Position numbers and translations under genes: made by a program | Assembly (NCBI RefSeq): GCF_963921235.1 | Contig: NC_086108.1 | Coordinates: 36,024,001-36,088,000, forward strand | Length of the DNA: 64,000 nt | From: Mobula hypostoma | Lineage: Eukaryota | Direction of reading: 5' to 3' | In this document: in pieces, positions 24,701 to 38,399 of the stretch | Position numbering within the stretch: position 1 is the stretch's first letter | Layout of the letters: every line of letters begins with the position of its first letter | Notes under the pieces: generated by a model | What the model saw: the letters and a program-made list of their open reading frames with translations, nothing else | Database searches by the model: none | Told to the model about the DNA's origin: nothing

Positions 24701-27700
24701 CTTTGTCCTTCTTCGGAATAAGCTTGATAATGGCCTGGTTCAGGGTTTGGGGTAGCCTGCCAGTTTCAAACGACTGTACCATATAAGGTGCTAATAAGTC
24801 ACTAAACTTCTTATAAAACTCATTACCTATTCCATCTGAACCTGGACTTTTGCCATTTTTCAGGGATCTTATTATTCTTACTATTTCATTAATTGTAATC
24901 TCTGCTTCCAAAGCCTGACACTGTGTCAGATTGAGTGAAGGTAGCCTACAAGTGTCCAGAAATGTGTGCACGCTCCCCGTCGGTACATCAGATTGAGATG
25001 CATATAATTTTTCATAATACTTATGGAATCTTTGATTAATGTCTTTGTGTGACATCAACAGAGCGCCCGAGTCTGATTTAATTTTATGAATGGCCCGATC
25101 ACTTTCCAATTTGCATAGCTGTCTTGCCAGCAATTTGTGCGGTTTGTCACCAAATTCAAAGAAATTCTGTTTTGTAAACATAAAGGCTCTGCACACCCTT
25201 TCTGAGAGTACTTAGTTCAGTTTGTATTTTAATGCTGAAATTCTGTTGTATTTTTCTGCGGATGGTTGTCACGTATTCTCCATGTCTAGTTTACGTATTT
25301 GTTCTTCTACTTCTATTTGTTCTGCTCTACTACGTTTCTTTAGGGAAGACTGAAAAGAAAGTATACATCCTCTAACATAAGCCTTAAATGTTTCCCATAG
25401 TAGTCCTGGGGGTGTTTCACTATTATCATTTGTCTCAAAAAAACAATAAAATTTGCGATTCTAAATACTCACAAACTTTTGGGTTTGTAAGTAGCTGAGG
25501 ATTAAACCTCCAATTTCTATGTATTTGCGTCGATTCACCCAGCTCCAGTGAAAAAGTAACAGGGCTGTGGTCTGAGATGACAATATTATGATATCTTACA
25601 TTATCGACTTGTGGCAGTATTTTGCCATCAAGGAGGAAATAGTCAACCCTAGTATATATATTATGAACTCTAGAGTGGAATGAATACTCTCCCTGTTGGG
25701 TTGAATAGTCTCCATATCTCACACAGATTCATATTGTCTATATATGTTTTTAGCAGGTTACTTGCCTTTGATGGTAATTCCCCCTGATTGGAAGATCTGT
25801 CTAAATATGCATCCAGAACAAAAGTAAAATCCCCTCCAGTAATCAGGTTAGTGCTGGAGACCTCTGGTATCAATCCTAGAACTTTCCTAAAAAATTCCGG
25901 GTCATCCCAGTTTGGTCTGTAGATATTCAGTAAGGTAACTGGCATAGATTGTATTTCCCCAGTAACTATAACATATCTCCCATCCTTGTCCGCTATTGTT
26001 GTTAGGTGACAAAATGGAACGTTTCTGCGAATGATTATTGCCACACCCCTAGATTTCATTGGAAACTTTGTGGAATATATTTGGCCTATCCACTTGCCCC
26101 TAATTTTACAGTGAGCTTCATTCTTCAAACGTGTTTCCTGCAAGAAGATCACATCGGCCTGTAGCGATTTTAGGTGAGGCAGCACTTCACCCCTTTTCAC
26201 CAGTTTATTAATCCTATTTACATTCCAGGAATAAAAAGTAATGCGACTTCTTGTCCCCTGACCTCCTACCATCTCAGTATTTAACATCTGTATGATAATG
26301 TTTTTGATCTGTTCTGGACCTTGTAAATCTATCGATCATTAGGAATGAATGGATGCTAAACAGCACTCCCTTACCTCTGTCCCTTTCTCCCCCCACAACC
26401 CCCATCACCCTTGAAAGCTTGAAATAACCAACAAAAAAATCCATATCACCATACACAAATACACCTAGTCAAAACGCTAGGAATAACTTACTGATCTCTA
26501 GCACTTCTCTGAACCAATTTAGTAGCTCCCCAGTTATACAGATGGTCACAAAGCCAAATCTGGCATCAGAATGAAAAAAAAATGAGAAAAACTAGCAAAC
26601 AGAGATTATCGAGATGTTAAAGTAAATGTGATTCTCAAAGCTATATTTACTCTAGCACCAGAAAGTCTAGCACCATTAACAACATACTCCTCATACAACA
26701 CCAGTTTAGACCAACTCTTATTACTATCTGTGCACTCACAGGGCCTTAATCCAACATAGTGCAATCAAAATACAACTCAAAGAGTCTTGTTTTCTACAGG
26801 GATTAGAGGCAAGGCCTCATTAATGTTCGAAATGTTCACAATTTCCTACCGCGAGTTTTACTTGGGGGATCTTGATTCTGTAAGGGGTTTCTTCTCACTG
26901 TGCACAGTCACTTCTCAGCATTTCCCAAATGACATTCGGTTATTAGCTTCTTCTGGATCTGTAAACACCGCCTTGGTTCCATTAATTGTCACTCGTAGCT
27001 TCGCGGAATAGAGGAGGCCAAACTTGACTCTGGGTCTATCCCGCAGCAACCTCCTGACAGGTGTGAAAGCTGCATGTCGTTTAGCCACTGTGGATGGAAG
27101 GTCTCTGAAGATCTGAATCCTTTGTCCTTGATATTGTAGATTCTTGGTACCTATCGCCTTCCGCATTATATCTTCAAATACATGGCAATAACGGATCCTC
27201 ATGATCAGGTGTCGCAGTGGCTTGTCGTCCCCCGGGCGCTTCCGAAGTGTTCTGTGTGCTCAGTCTATCACCAGAGCTTCTTCCAGGTTTAGAGCTGCTT
27301 TCAGCATCTGTGCCGCGAATTCTCTTGTCTTCTGCCCATTTTCCTGCCCCTCTCGTAGGCCAGCAATTCTCAGATTCTGTTGTTTTACGTCCCTCTAAAT
27401 CCAGGCATTTTTCAGAAAGTTGTTCAACTTGCCCACAAAGTCGTTTCACCTTGCTCTCCAGCTCCAGAACAATGTCTGAAGCTCTGTTAGCCGACTCTGC
27501 TATCTCTCTCAGAGTTTGATCTTGTGTATTCAACTGGGCTTTCAATGTGCAATTCGCAGTGTCATTTTCTGCTTTCAACAAAGCAATTTCACTTCTCAAA
27601 GCGACCTCTACCTCTGCAACTTTTTCTTCAGTTTTCTTAAAGATGTCTGACTTCATTGTAGTTAGCTCTGCATGTAGCGACTCTATAGCCACCAATACCA

Positions 27701-27990
27701 CATTGTTGTCCATACTCTGTGCACCTGGCTCCATGTGGCCCTCACTCGTGAGCTCCGAGATGTCAATTGGGCCTGTTTCTTTGTTCGTCTCTGCCTTAGC
27801 TGTTCCTCTTCTCAGCATTTTGTAACGCACTCCTTCACTCTTTCTCCTTCTGGTATGTATTGAAGAGCACCTCCCCTTCGTTTGCCACCCTAAACCTCAA
27901 ATTGACTTTGTGTAAATGAAGATTTAATATCAAATCTGCCGGAGCTGCAGGAGGGTGCGTCCTACTTGCTCATGGCTCAACAGTGTCCCC
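21749..27990 (-). mobile_element. Full-length decayed L1-clade LINE, family D
   Basis: TSD ataacagggaatt at 21417-21429 and 27991-28003. ORF1 pieces at 27174-27830 and 26915-27202. ORF2 from 26287 includes SWNVN...FLQETR...GGDF, YTRVDYFL, KSPGSDG, YRPISLL, RGTRQGCALSPLLF and YVDDD. Confidence 0.94.
23066..23560 (+). mobile_element. Short 5'-truncated L1 family B copy nested in L1-D, with perfect 14-bp TSD
   Basis: TSD aatcctcacgctcc at 23052-23065 and 23561-23574. The sequence matches the L1-B ORF2 end and 3' UTR. Confidence 0.93.
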
Positions 27991-28551
27991 ATAACAGGGA
28001 ATTCATTATGTTAATTTTATTGTAAAAAGTTTTGATTGCAAGATTCAATGTATCTTCCTGGAATTATATGTAGCCCTCAAGGGATTGTATCTGGTATGTT
28101 GTGTCTGGTACAGGTCTCCCATTGAAATAAATAAATGCTTGTGAGGGATATTTGTCCATCAGATTGATTTTTGGGATCAGGGGAGAGGAAGGAAGTGTCA
28201 AGGTTTTTACCTTTTGAGAAACTAACCAGACTAAAAGAGTGGAAGATTTATCTTGTTCAAGCACATAAATTTCTTTTGGGGCTCATCTACCCTGGAACAT
28301 AGTAAGTTTTTGGAATTGCTTCAAGTTCAAGTTTATTGTCATTCAACCGAACACCTTAATACTGCCAGAGATACCAAGGTGCACAACAAGGTACATATAA
28401 CTCACACATGCAACACATAAAGTAATATTGCTACAAATAAGTTATCAAATAATAAGTTGCATCAACAAGTTAGAAAGTAAACAGTATAATGCTACTAGTG
28501 CTTCATACATGATGAGACCTGAGTGGTGGCAGGGAGTTTAATTGTCTTACA

Positions 28552-30033
28552 GCCTGGGTACAGGTATCAATTTAAACTGATGTTTCAATGACAAACTCTG
28601 CCATCTTCATCAGTGATGATGCCTTGGTATGTCTAGTCCAGTTTGTGTGTGTGTGTTCAGCAGGCGGTCTAAAAACTCAGTAGTTTTGTGCCATCAAATT
28701 CAATCCTATGGCCATTGCAAATGCAATGTTCTGCTACCGTCAATTTCTCCAGGTAACTCAAACGGATATATTTCCTGTGCTCTTTGTTGTGGGTTTCCAC
28801 TGTGCGCCCTGTCTGGCCGATATACATTGCTCTACATTCACACGGAGTCCTGTAAATGCCAGCTGTCCTAAGTCCCAGGTCATCTTTGACCTGTATAAGT
28901 TGCGATTTGAGCTTCCTTATGGGTTTGTGGATGGTATTAATCCGATATTTCTTCAGGATCATGGCAATCCTTCCAGAAGATGTGGTAATTTAGGGAAGAT
29001 GGATAGTAGTGACGAGTTCCTCCTTGTTGTTAGGTTTCTTGGTGTTTCTGTAAGAATGTCTTATTTCCTCATGAAGATTTTGGGTCCGAAATAGTTTTTA
29101 CACGGTTAACCAAAGAAGAAAGAACCGCTCTACATTGGGCGGCATGATGGTGGCTGTTATTGTTGAGGTATAAGTCCATGTGAGTAGGTCTCCAATAGAT
29201 GCCATGTCTGAGCTACCATCTGGTTTCCAAGGTATTAGAATGTTCAGGAACGGTAAGCAACTATTCTTCTCCATCGACAGAAATTGAACAGACGGACAGA
29301 GTGACCATGTTGCCTTGTCTAATGACCGTTGTCACCAGCTATTGCTAATTTCTACATTCAGGACTTTGAGGAGAGGGCGATGACTTCATCGCCCTTGCGC
29401 CCCAAATGCTGTTTCAGATCTGTTGATGATACCTTCATAGTGTGGCCTCATGGGCTTCAGACATTCCAACAGTTCCACAACCGTCTGAACAGCATACATC
29501 CAAACATTCAATTTACGATGGTGCTTTACAGGATTCCCTGTGAATGTGGAGCAGTGTATATCGACCAGACGGGTGCACAGTGGAAACCCACCACAATGAG
29601 CACAGGAGGTATATCAGTTTCAGTTACCCAGAGAAATTAACAGTAGCAGAACATTGCATTCGCAATGACCACAGGCTCTGACTTTGGCAAAAACTACTGT
29701 GCCATGTCAGTGGGTTTTGGGACCACTGGTGAAGGAAGCCAATGAAATAAAACTAAAGAAAAAGAGCTTTAACAAAGATGAAGGATGAACAAAGTATGAA
29801 CTAGAATGTGATTTTAAACAAGATGGGACAGCGGAATCCTGATTGGATGAGAACTAACCAGTCAGGAGGGATGGACTACGGAAGGTATATATACCACCAG
29901 ATTAGACATGCCAAGGTATCATCCCTGGTGAAGATGGCAGAGTTTGTCATCAAAATGTCAGTTAAAGTTGATACCTGTACCTGGCTAGCAGCCCGAGAAG
30001 AGTTTATTCATTATGTACGCTGGGAAAGCACTT
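28552..30033. mobile_element. Penelope-like element in inverted (divergent) arrangement
   Basis: The minus arm (about 29275 to 28552) encodes GIYRTPCECRAMYIGQTGR...KEH (GIY-YIG). The plus arm (about 29280-30033) encodes PLE RT (SPAIANFY...FRSVDDTF...HPNIQFTM) fused to YRIPCECGAVYIDQTG. Inverted terminal similarity between 28552-28640 and 29898-29986. Confidence 0.88.
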
Positions 30034-32269
30034 GATCCTTTTACAAGGAGAGGGTGTTAAATGTAGGACTAGACCTTTCAACTATGGAAAGTTCAGTGAG
30101 GTTTTTAAAGAAAACAGTGATAACATAGATTTGAAGGTAACTTAATGAGGAAAGGTAACCGTTATTATGGGATCCAGAAAGGCAAGTTGTTCAGCTACCG
30201 CTTGTGGGAATAGAATTAAAGTAAACTTGTGGCGGCTGTTGTGAATAATATAAGATCATCTTGTTAAGAACATAAATGATGGATTAGTGCCAAAGCTAGA
30301 ATATTAGTTCAGAACTGTGAAAGAAGACCCTTCACCTTTGAAGGAGTTTGGCATTATCGGGGAAATGGAGAAGTGCAGTGAAAACAGTTGAAAACATGGT
30401 CTTAATGTCAAAAGAAAATCCATGATCCTCTCTCACTTGGAGTTAGAAGTGAAGCTGCAGGGTAAGTGATTTTAGAAAAAGGAATGTGGTGAGATCAACA
30501 TGGACCAGTTTTGCTTTCCATGATGATTCTGGAGTAATGAGCAGTTATAGGCAAAGTTCAAAGTAAAATTTATTATCAGAGTACAAACATGTCACCATAC
30601 AACCCTGAGATTTTTTTTCTGTAGGCAAACTTAGCAAATCTATCTATAAAATAGTAACTGTAAACTGAACATCAGGATCTGTACACTGTAAACAAACTGC
30701 AAATGGAACGTATGCATTATATGGGCCATTCTGATTTGGGTTGAATGTTTCAGCTAGTTGTCCTCTGGAAATGTTCAGATCTGCATTCCTTACATTTTAA
30801 GTATTGATGAAAGGCATACCGGGAAAATCAACTTAAGTTGTGAGAAAGCGATGGTCTTAATGGGGATAATGGGAGCAAATTGGTAACCAATATTCAAAGA
30901 TGAAATGGTTGGGGATTCAAAAGTGCTATTTTAAGTGAAATGGAGGGTATTTTCCGGAGTCCATGTGGAAGGAAATTGTAGAGGAAAAGGATGGTCTGCT
31001 GGAAGAATGGAATCGTGAGGCAATGAGAGATTAACTTGTTGGAGATGAAAGAAATGTTGACTGATTGTGAACGTGAATTGAAGAGTTTGTATGGAAGAAC
31101 AGGATCTACGTGAAACCAGTTTAAGTTTTTAACATGTGACTGAAGTTATTCTATTGGAGATTAAAATCTGATATTAAAGTTTTAGATAGCTGTTTCCTTT
31201 ACCATCTGTAGATGGAAGAGGAAATGTCTGCATTAAAATACTCATTCTTTCATGTATAATTGCGAACTGTAGACCATGGATCAGTATGAGCATTTATTTT
31301 TCTATAGTAGCTGTCAATATATGCAAAAATTTACTTGGGATTTTTTTTCCTTTTTCTTTGTTCTTAAATTAAGCTTTAGTTCCTTGTAATCCAGATAACT
31401 GATATAAGTTTTACAATATAATTTCCCTTTATATACAACAATATATATAGGTCAAGATAACTTTGGGCATTCAGAGATTTTTGATGTCTCCCCATTGCAT
31501 TGACCTGTTAAAAATATTGGGCACTATGTTCGTGTCCATTGATCCATAATGCAACATAAAATAAAATGTGCACTAATTTATACTTGTGACTTCTATGGTA
31601 TTGTAACATTTGTAGGAGTATTTTTATATACTAATTCCAGTTCAATGACTAACCATGAGAGCTAGAAGTAACTTCATTTGTCAAGTGACTGGATTTGTTC
31701 TGAATGGATCTTGTTTCCTGCACTCACTGCTTCTTGTCCCTAATTTAACTGATTCAGATCTGTGGGCTGGGTTACCTCAAAGCTGATTAATGTTCTGGTT
31801 TCTTGGATGTGCATGGTCCTCAAAAGATATAATGGAAATGGATGAGTAGGCCAGAACAAGCCCCACTCACCAAATCTCTCTGGAAATCTTTGACAGATGG
31901 CAAATACGCACCCTAATTCTACTGATTGTTAAAGCTGTCATGTTCTTTCAATGCTGCTGAATGTCCCTAGTATCCAGAGAAGTTTCAAAACTATTTAAAA
32001 AATAAAATCACCTAACAGCGCTTAAAATAAGCCTATAGTCATGCAAGTTCTTTACTTATAGCTACTTCTGACTGCTACAGTTGAATCTGCTGCCAGTATT
32101 ATCCCCAGCAGTGCATTACAAATCCTAACCACTCGTGCGTTAAGAAAATGTTTTCCTTGTATCACTTCAGTCGATCTCCTTCATTCTGTCCCTGTTCTTG
32201 ATGCATTCTGCCAATGGGAAGTTTCCTTCTATCTATGCTCTTCATGTAAATATATCTCTCAGATCCTGC

Positions 32270-34735
32270 ATAACCTACAACATTGAACCCTTCGACCTAG
32301 AATGTTGTGCTGAGCTATATAAATCTACTCCATGATTAATCTAACCCTTCCCTTCTACAAAGCCGATAACCATCCATTTTTCTTTGATCCATGTACCTAT
32401 CTAAGAGTCTTTTAAATTTCCCAATTGTATCAGTCTCTACCACCAACACTGGCAATGCATCGCAGTCAACTACCACTCTTTGTGTGTATATTAAAAGAAA
32501 ACCTATCTCTTGACATATCCCCTAAACTTTCCTCGCTCACCTTAAACAGATGTCCTTTGGTATTGGCCATTGCTGCCCTGGGAAAAAAGGTTCTGGCTTC
32601 TAATTTATGTGACTCTTTTATTCTTATACCATTTTCAAGTCACCTCTCATCCTGTCCCTCCAAAGAAAAAAGCCCTAGTTCACTTGCCCTTGTAAGACCT
32701 ATTCTCTAATCTAGGCAGCATCCTGGTAAATTCCCTCTGCACCCTCTCTAAATCTTCCATGTCCTTCCTATAATGAAGTAACTAGAAGGGAACACAATAC
32801 TCGTGTGGTCTAACCAGAGTTTTATAGAGCTGCAATATTACCTCATACTTCTTGAACTCATTGCTCTGACAAATGAAGGCCAGCAGCTGGTTAAAACAAT
32901 AACAATTCAGATTAAAGTGTAAAAACTACAAAGAAAGTGAAGTGCAGGTAAACAAAGTGCAATATCATAATGAGGTTAAGAGTCCATTTTATCATACAAG
33001 AGGTCTGTTCAAGAGTCTGCCAACAGTAGGATCGAAGTTGTTCTTGAGCCTGGTGGTATATGTTTGAGACTTCTGCCTGATGGGAGAGGGGAGATGAGAT
33101 AATTATGCTGGGTACTTTACAGAGGCAGCAAGAAATATAGACAGAGTCCATGGAGAAGAGGCTGATTTCTGCGATGTGCTGGGCTGTATCCACAACACTC
33201 TGTAGTTTAGTTTCTTGTGGTCACTTGCAGAGCAGTCGACATACCAAGCTGTATGCATCCAGATAGAATGCCACCTATGACAACTTTCAACACCATCCAT
33301 AACACCTCCAATCTTCATGTTATTTGCAAACTTAGTAACGCATCTTTTCACTTCCTAATCCAAGTCATTTATAAAAATCACAAGGAGCCTGGATCCCAGA
33401 ACAGATCCCTGTGGAACACTACTAGTCATTGACCTCCAGGTAGAATATGCTCCGGCCATTAGTACACTCCGCTTTCTGTGTGGAAAAGCAGATTCAGAAT
33501 CCATGTGGTCAAGTTTCCATGGATCCCAGGCCTCATGACTTTCTGAGAACCTTGTCAAATGCCTTACTAAAATGCATATACATCATATCAACTGCTCTAC
33601 CTTCATTAATTTGTTTTGGCACCTTAAAAAAAACTCAGTTATGCTCATGAGGCACGATCTGTCTCTCACAAAGCAATGCTGACTATCCCTAATAAGATTA
33701 TGCTTCTCCAAATGCTTATAAATCATGTCCCTAAGAATCCTCTCCATTAGTTTGCCCATCACTGACGTACGATTCACTGGTCTGTTTTATTCCCAGGATT
33801 ATCCCTATTACCTTTCTTGAACAATGGAACAACATTTGCCATTCTCCAATCCTCTGATACCAATCTTGCGGCCAGAGAAGACACATAGGTCATTGTCAAC
33901 ACCCCAGCAATCTCTTCCTTTGCTTCCCTTAGTAACCTGGGCATTATCTGACCCTGGAGACTTACCTAACCTAATGTTTTTCAGAAGCACCAACACTGTT
34001 TCTTTCTTAACCTCAACATGCTCCAGCACATTAACCTGTTTTATACTGACTTCGCATTTGTAAAAAAAAACCTTAACCCTGCTGACTACTGAAGCAAATA
34101 TTCAAGACCATTGCTACCTCATCTGCCTCCTGGTGCTTTTTTCCTCTATCCCTGAGTGGTTCGTCATGTTCTTCACGTACATGTAGAATGTGTTGGGGTT
34201 TTCCTTAATCCTACTTGCCAAGGCTTTCTCATGTCCTCTGTCATTCTTCTAAATCCCTTCTTAAGATCCTTCTTGGCTTCCTTATAACTCTAAAAATCCC
34301 TCTCTGATTTTTGCATCCTAACCTTAAGAATGCTTCCTCCTTCTTGAGTAAATATTCTACCTCACTTTTTTACCTTGGGTCCTTCACCTTGCCTTCTTAT
34401 CCAGAATCCCATGCCAGTGTTCATTAACAACCTCTATATTTCTGGTGTGCATTTTCCTGAGTAATCTGTTCCCAAGTTCCTGCCTAATATTGTCAGAATT
34501 AGCCTTCCACCAATTAAATACTTTTGCATTTTGTCTGCTCCTTTCCTTATCCCAGTCTATGCTAAAGGTCAGGTAGTTATGGTCACTATCTCTGAAATAC
34601 TTGCCCACTGAGGTTTGTCATGTGTCCAATTTCATTGCCATGGACTATATCTAGTATGGCCTCTCTTTTAGTCGGCTATTCAACGTACTGTCTCAGGAAT
34701 CATTCTTGGATGCACCTAACAAATTCCACCCCATC
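32270..34735 (-). mobile_element. CR1 LINE, decayed, with small inserts; continues at about 37100-37230
   Basis: Fragments DSDHN, KSPGSD, TSVMGKLMERILRD...SQHCFV, VPQGSVLG and TKFANNMKIGG. Confidence 0.85.
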
Positions 34736-37100
34736 ACTGGCTAACGTTCAGTACCTGGACAACAAGCTGTGTGAACTGAGAGCCAGAATCTCCTACCAGT
34801 GGGAAACAAAGGAATGTAACATTTTGTGCTTCGTGGAGACGTGGCTGATGGAGGAGATACCAGCCCACACGATTGAACCCTCTGGGTTCTCCCTGTTCCG
34901 GGTGGACAGGTCAAAAAACCTCTCTGGGAAGAGTACAGGAGGAGGCGTATGTTACATAGTCAACAATGCTTGATGCGACCTCCAGAATATGCTTGCCCTC
35001 AAACCCTTTTGTTCCCCAGACCTGGAATACCTGGTGCTGCTGTGCAGACCCTACTGGCTGCCCAGGAAGTTCACGGCTGTTATCATCACAGCAGTGTGCA
35101 TTCTGCCGCAGGCTGATACTGACCTGGCTCTCAAGGAACTGTACAAGACCATCAACACGCTGGAGACTGCACACCCAGAGGCTGCCTTCATCATTGCCGG
35201 TGACTTTAATCGAGTGTCGCTGACGAAAGTCTCTCCGAAGTTTTGTCAGCACATCCAGGTGAGCACTTGTGGAGGGAGATAACACACTTGACCACCGCTA
35301 TACTCCCTTCCGCAATTCTTACGAAGCTGTCCTTCACCCAGCTTTTGGAAAATGAGATTACTCTTCGATCCTGCTTTTGCCAATGTACAGGCAGAAGCTG
35401 AAACAAGAGGCGGCTTTAGTTAAAACTGGCCACTCTTGGTCTGACCAGTTAGTCTCCATGCTGCAGGACTGCTTCGATGATGTCGACTGGGATATCTTCC
35501 ATGATGAAGATGTCTCCGACTTCACCGATGGAGTCATGTGCTTCTTTCAGAGGTGCAGCAATGATGTTGTCCCCAGAAGTCGTTCAGGGTCTTCCTGAAC
35601 CAGAAAGCCTGGATCAGTAGTTCTGTGTGGGCAGCACTTACCACGTGACACAGAGCTTATGCTGCCGGCAGTCAACAGGAGCTCAAGAAAAGCAGCTACA
35701 ATCCGTGCAAAGCTATCAAGGCTGCGAAACAATAATACAGGGACAAGATTGAGTCAAGATTCACAACGAGTAGCACACGTGATTTGTGGCGAGGGCTGCA
35801 TACCATCGGAGACTTCAAAGCCAAATGTAGTGGTGCCGCCAACATTGCGGCCTCTCTCCCAGGTGAGTTTAATTGCTTTTACGCTTGGTTCGATGTCGCT
35901 AACTCTGAGCCTCTGAGGAAAGCTGGTGCTACAACCTGCAACCCGGTCATCTCTGTGGCTGAGTTACGCAGATGTTTCCAATGAGTGGACAGCCGCAAGG
36001 CTGCGGGACTGGACGACGTCCCAGGGCGAGTACTCAGGATGTGTGCAACACAACTGGCAGGTGTGTTTACTGACATTTTTAATCTTTCCTTCTCCCAGTG
36101 TAGAGTGTCCTCCTGCTTCAAATTATCCACCGATGTCCCTGTACTAGAAAAGACCAAGATAACATGCCTGAATGACTGGCATCCGGTCTCACTCACCTCA
36201 ATAATAAGCAAATACTTTGAGAGGCTGGTCAAGGACTACGTTTGCAGCATGCTACCACCCGAACTGGACCCCCTACAATTCGCCTACTGACACAACCAAT
36301 CGACAGACGACGCCACAGCCACTGCTCTACATACCGTCCTTATGCATCTGGAGAAGAAGGATGCTTATGTTGTGTCAAGAAAACCACATCTCCCTCAAAG
36401 TCACAAAAACAAAGGAGCTGGTTGTGGATTACAGGAGGAATAGAGATGGACTAACCCCTATTGACATCAGTGGATCCAGGGTTGGGAGGTAAACAGTAAG
36501 CTCCTTGGCGTCCACAACACCGAGGACCTCATGTGGTCTGTACACACCAGCTGTGTGGTAAAAAAGGCACAACAGCGCCTCTTTCGCCTCAGACGGTTAA
36601 GGAAGTTTGGTATGGGCCCCCAAATCCTAAGAACTTTCTACAGGGGCACAATTGAGAGCATCCTGACTGGCTGCATCACTGCCTGGTATGGGAACTGTAC
36701 CTCCCTTAATCACAGGATTCTGCAGAGTGGTGCAGACAGTCCAGCGCATCTGTAGTTGTAAACTTCCCATGATTCAGCACATCTACAAAGACAGGTGTGT
36801 AAAAAGGGCCTGAAGGATCATTGGGGATCTGAGTCACCCCAACCACAATCTATTCCAGCAGCTACCATCCAGGAAATGGTACCGCAGGACCAACAGGCTC
36901 CGGGTCAGCTTCTTCCACCGGGCCGTCAGACTGATTAACTCGTGCTGATTTGAGTGTATTTTTATGTTATATTGACTGTTCTATTTATTATAAATTACAA
37001 TGATTACACATTGCACATTTAGACAGAGATGTAATGTAGATTTTTACTGCTCATGTATACGAAGGATGTAAGATATAAAGTCAATTCAATTCATTTCAAT
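34736..37100 (+). mobile_element. Rex/Babar-clade LINE inserted in CR1, with an internal deletion of the RT core
   Basis: Endonuclease (LANVQYLDNK...CFVETWL...GGGVC; FIIAGDFN), RT N-terminus (RKAAGLDDVPGRVL...LDPLQFAY), C-terminus (KKAQQRLFRLRRLRKFG...IESILTGCITAWYG) and a (CAATT)n tail at 37081-37100. Confidence 0.88.
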
Positions 37101-37546
37101 CCAAACCTTGTGCACTAAGGAGATGCCAATCAATATTACAGAATCTACAAAATTGTTATTTCTATACCTGTCCAAGGTGCAATCTCTCCTGTTACAAGAA
37201 CAATCACAACTTTACTAGTCTATCCATATCACTGAAGTTCCTCAACCCTTTTTTCTTTCTTTCAGTACTTTACCAGTTCATCACCATACCTGTATTTTAT
37301 CATCCCAATATCTCTTTTGTTATGTTAAATTTTCTACCAACTCTCCAGGGTTTTACATCAAGAATTATTGTACCCAAAGTTGAACATAATAATCCAGCTC
37401 AGTGAGAGTTACCCTAATTGCCTAGGTTTTAGGTATTAGTCTCTAATTATGACAGCCAGATTCTCATTTGTTTTTAATGCTTTTTTTAATATCTGTTCTG
37501 GTAATTTCATTGAAATGTTCATTAACACATTGATTACTTTTTCTAG

Positions 37547-37660
37547 GTTGTTACACAAACAGAATCCAACTCTACAATTGTTGCTTTTTCTGATGAAATT
37601 GTTCCATTACACATCACTTCAGAAATGGCACTGGATAAAGTATTAGCTGTGATGCATGCG
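37547..37660 (+). CDS. RO60: RO60 coding exon, 114 bp
   Basis: Acceptor ttttctag|GTT and donor GCG|gtaata. Encodes VVTQTESNSTIVAFSDEIVPLHITSEMALDKVLAVMHA (translated by hand; not in the ORF track). Confidence 0.94.
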
Positions 37661-37754
37661 GTAATATAATTTTTTAAAATCAATTTTCTTAGTTTGTGTT
37701 TTTTCTGTTATCAGTTACGCCGAGCTCACTGGGACATGCATAAAAAGATCAGTG

Positions 37755-38399
37755 CAGGTTGAGTACTCCTTATCCGAAATGGTTTGGGCTGGAAGTTTTC
37801 TGGATTTTGGAATACATAATGAGATAACTTGGGATTGCTGTCATTTCCGACTCTGAATTTATGTGCTACCAGTAAGCAGTTTTTGTCTTGTACTTGTTCA
37901 TTACACAAACATACTGCTGCAGTTGTTCAGCGTGTTAGATTTCATCAGCGACGATCTTGGTAAACTGACCAATGAATTTCAATCAGCAGACTTGTTATCA
38001 CCACAAATCTTTAAAAATTTCTGCAACCAGCCTGCTGAATATTCACAATTACCTTCAATTTTCAGTTAGTCATAATAGATCTTTGCTGTTTCATGATCAG
38101 GATACCATTAAATGGTATATGTTCACTCCGGCGCTAACAAATCCACTCTTTCAACACACGATTGAGGTCTTCATTTTTTGCTTTATGGAGTGTTTTTCTA
38201 TTTTTCATTAACTTTTGTTCATTACATATGTGAGGTTACTTCTCAGAACTGTGTTTGGTGCACAGAGACCTGTGCATCAACTGGGGTCTTCCCAGTGCCT
38301 TATGGAATTTTCCATTTGTGACGTCATGAGAGCGTTAAAAAATTTTTTGATTTCTGACATTTCAGATTTTGTAATTTCGGATAAGGGGCACTTAACCTG
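37755..38399. mobile_element. Tigger/pogo-like MITE (Tc1/mariner superfamily)
   Basis: Terminal inverted repeats CAGGTTGAGTACTCCTTATCCGAAAT and ATTTCGGATAAGGGGCACTTAACCTG. Right flank TA, left flank TG. Confidence 0.82.
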
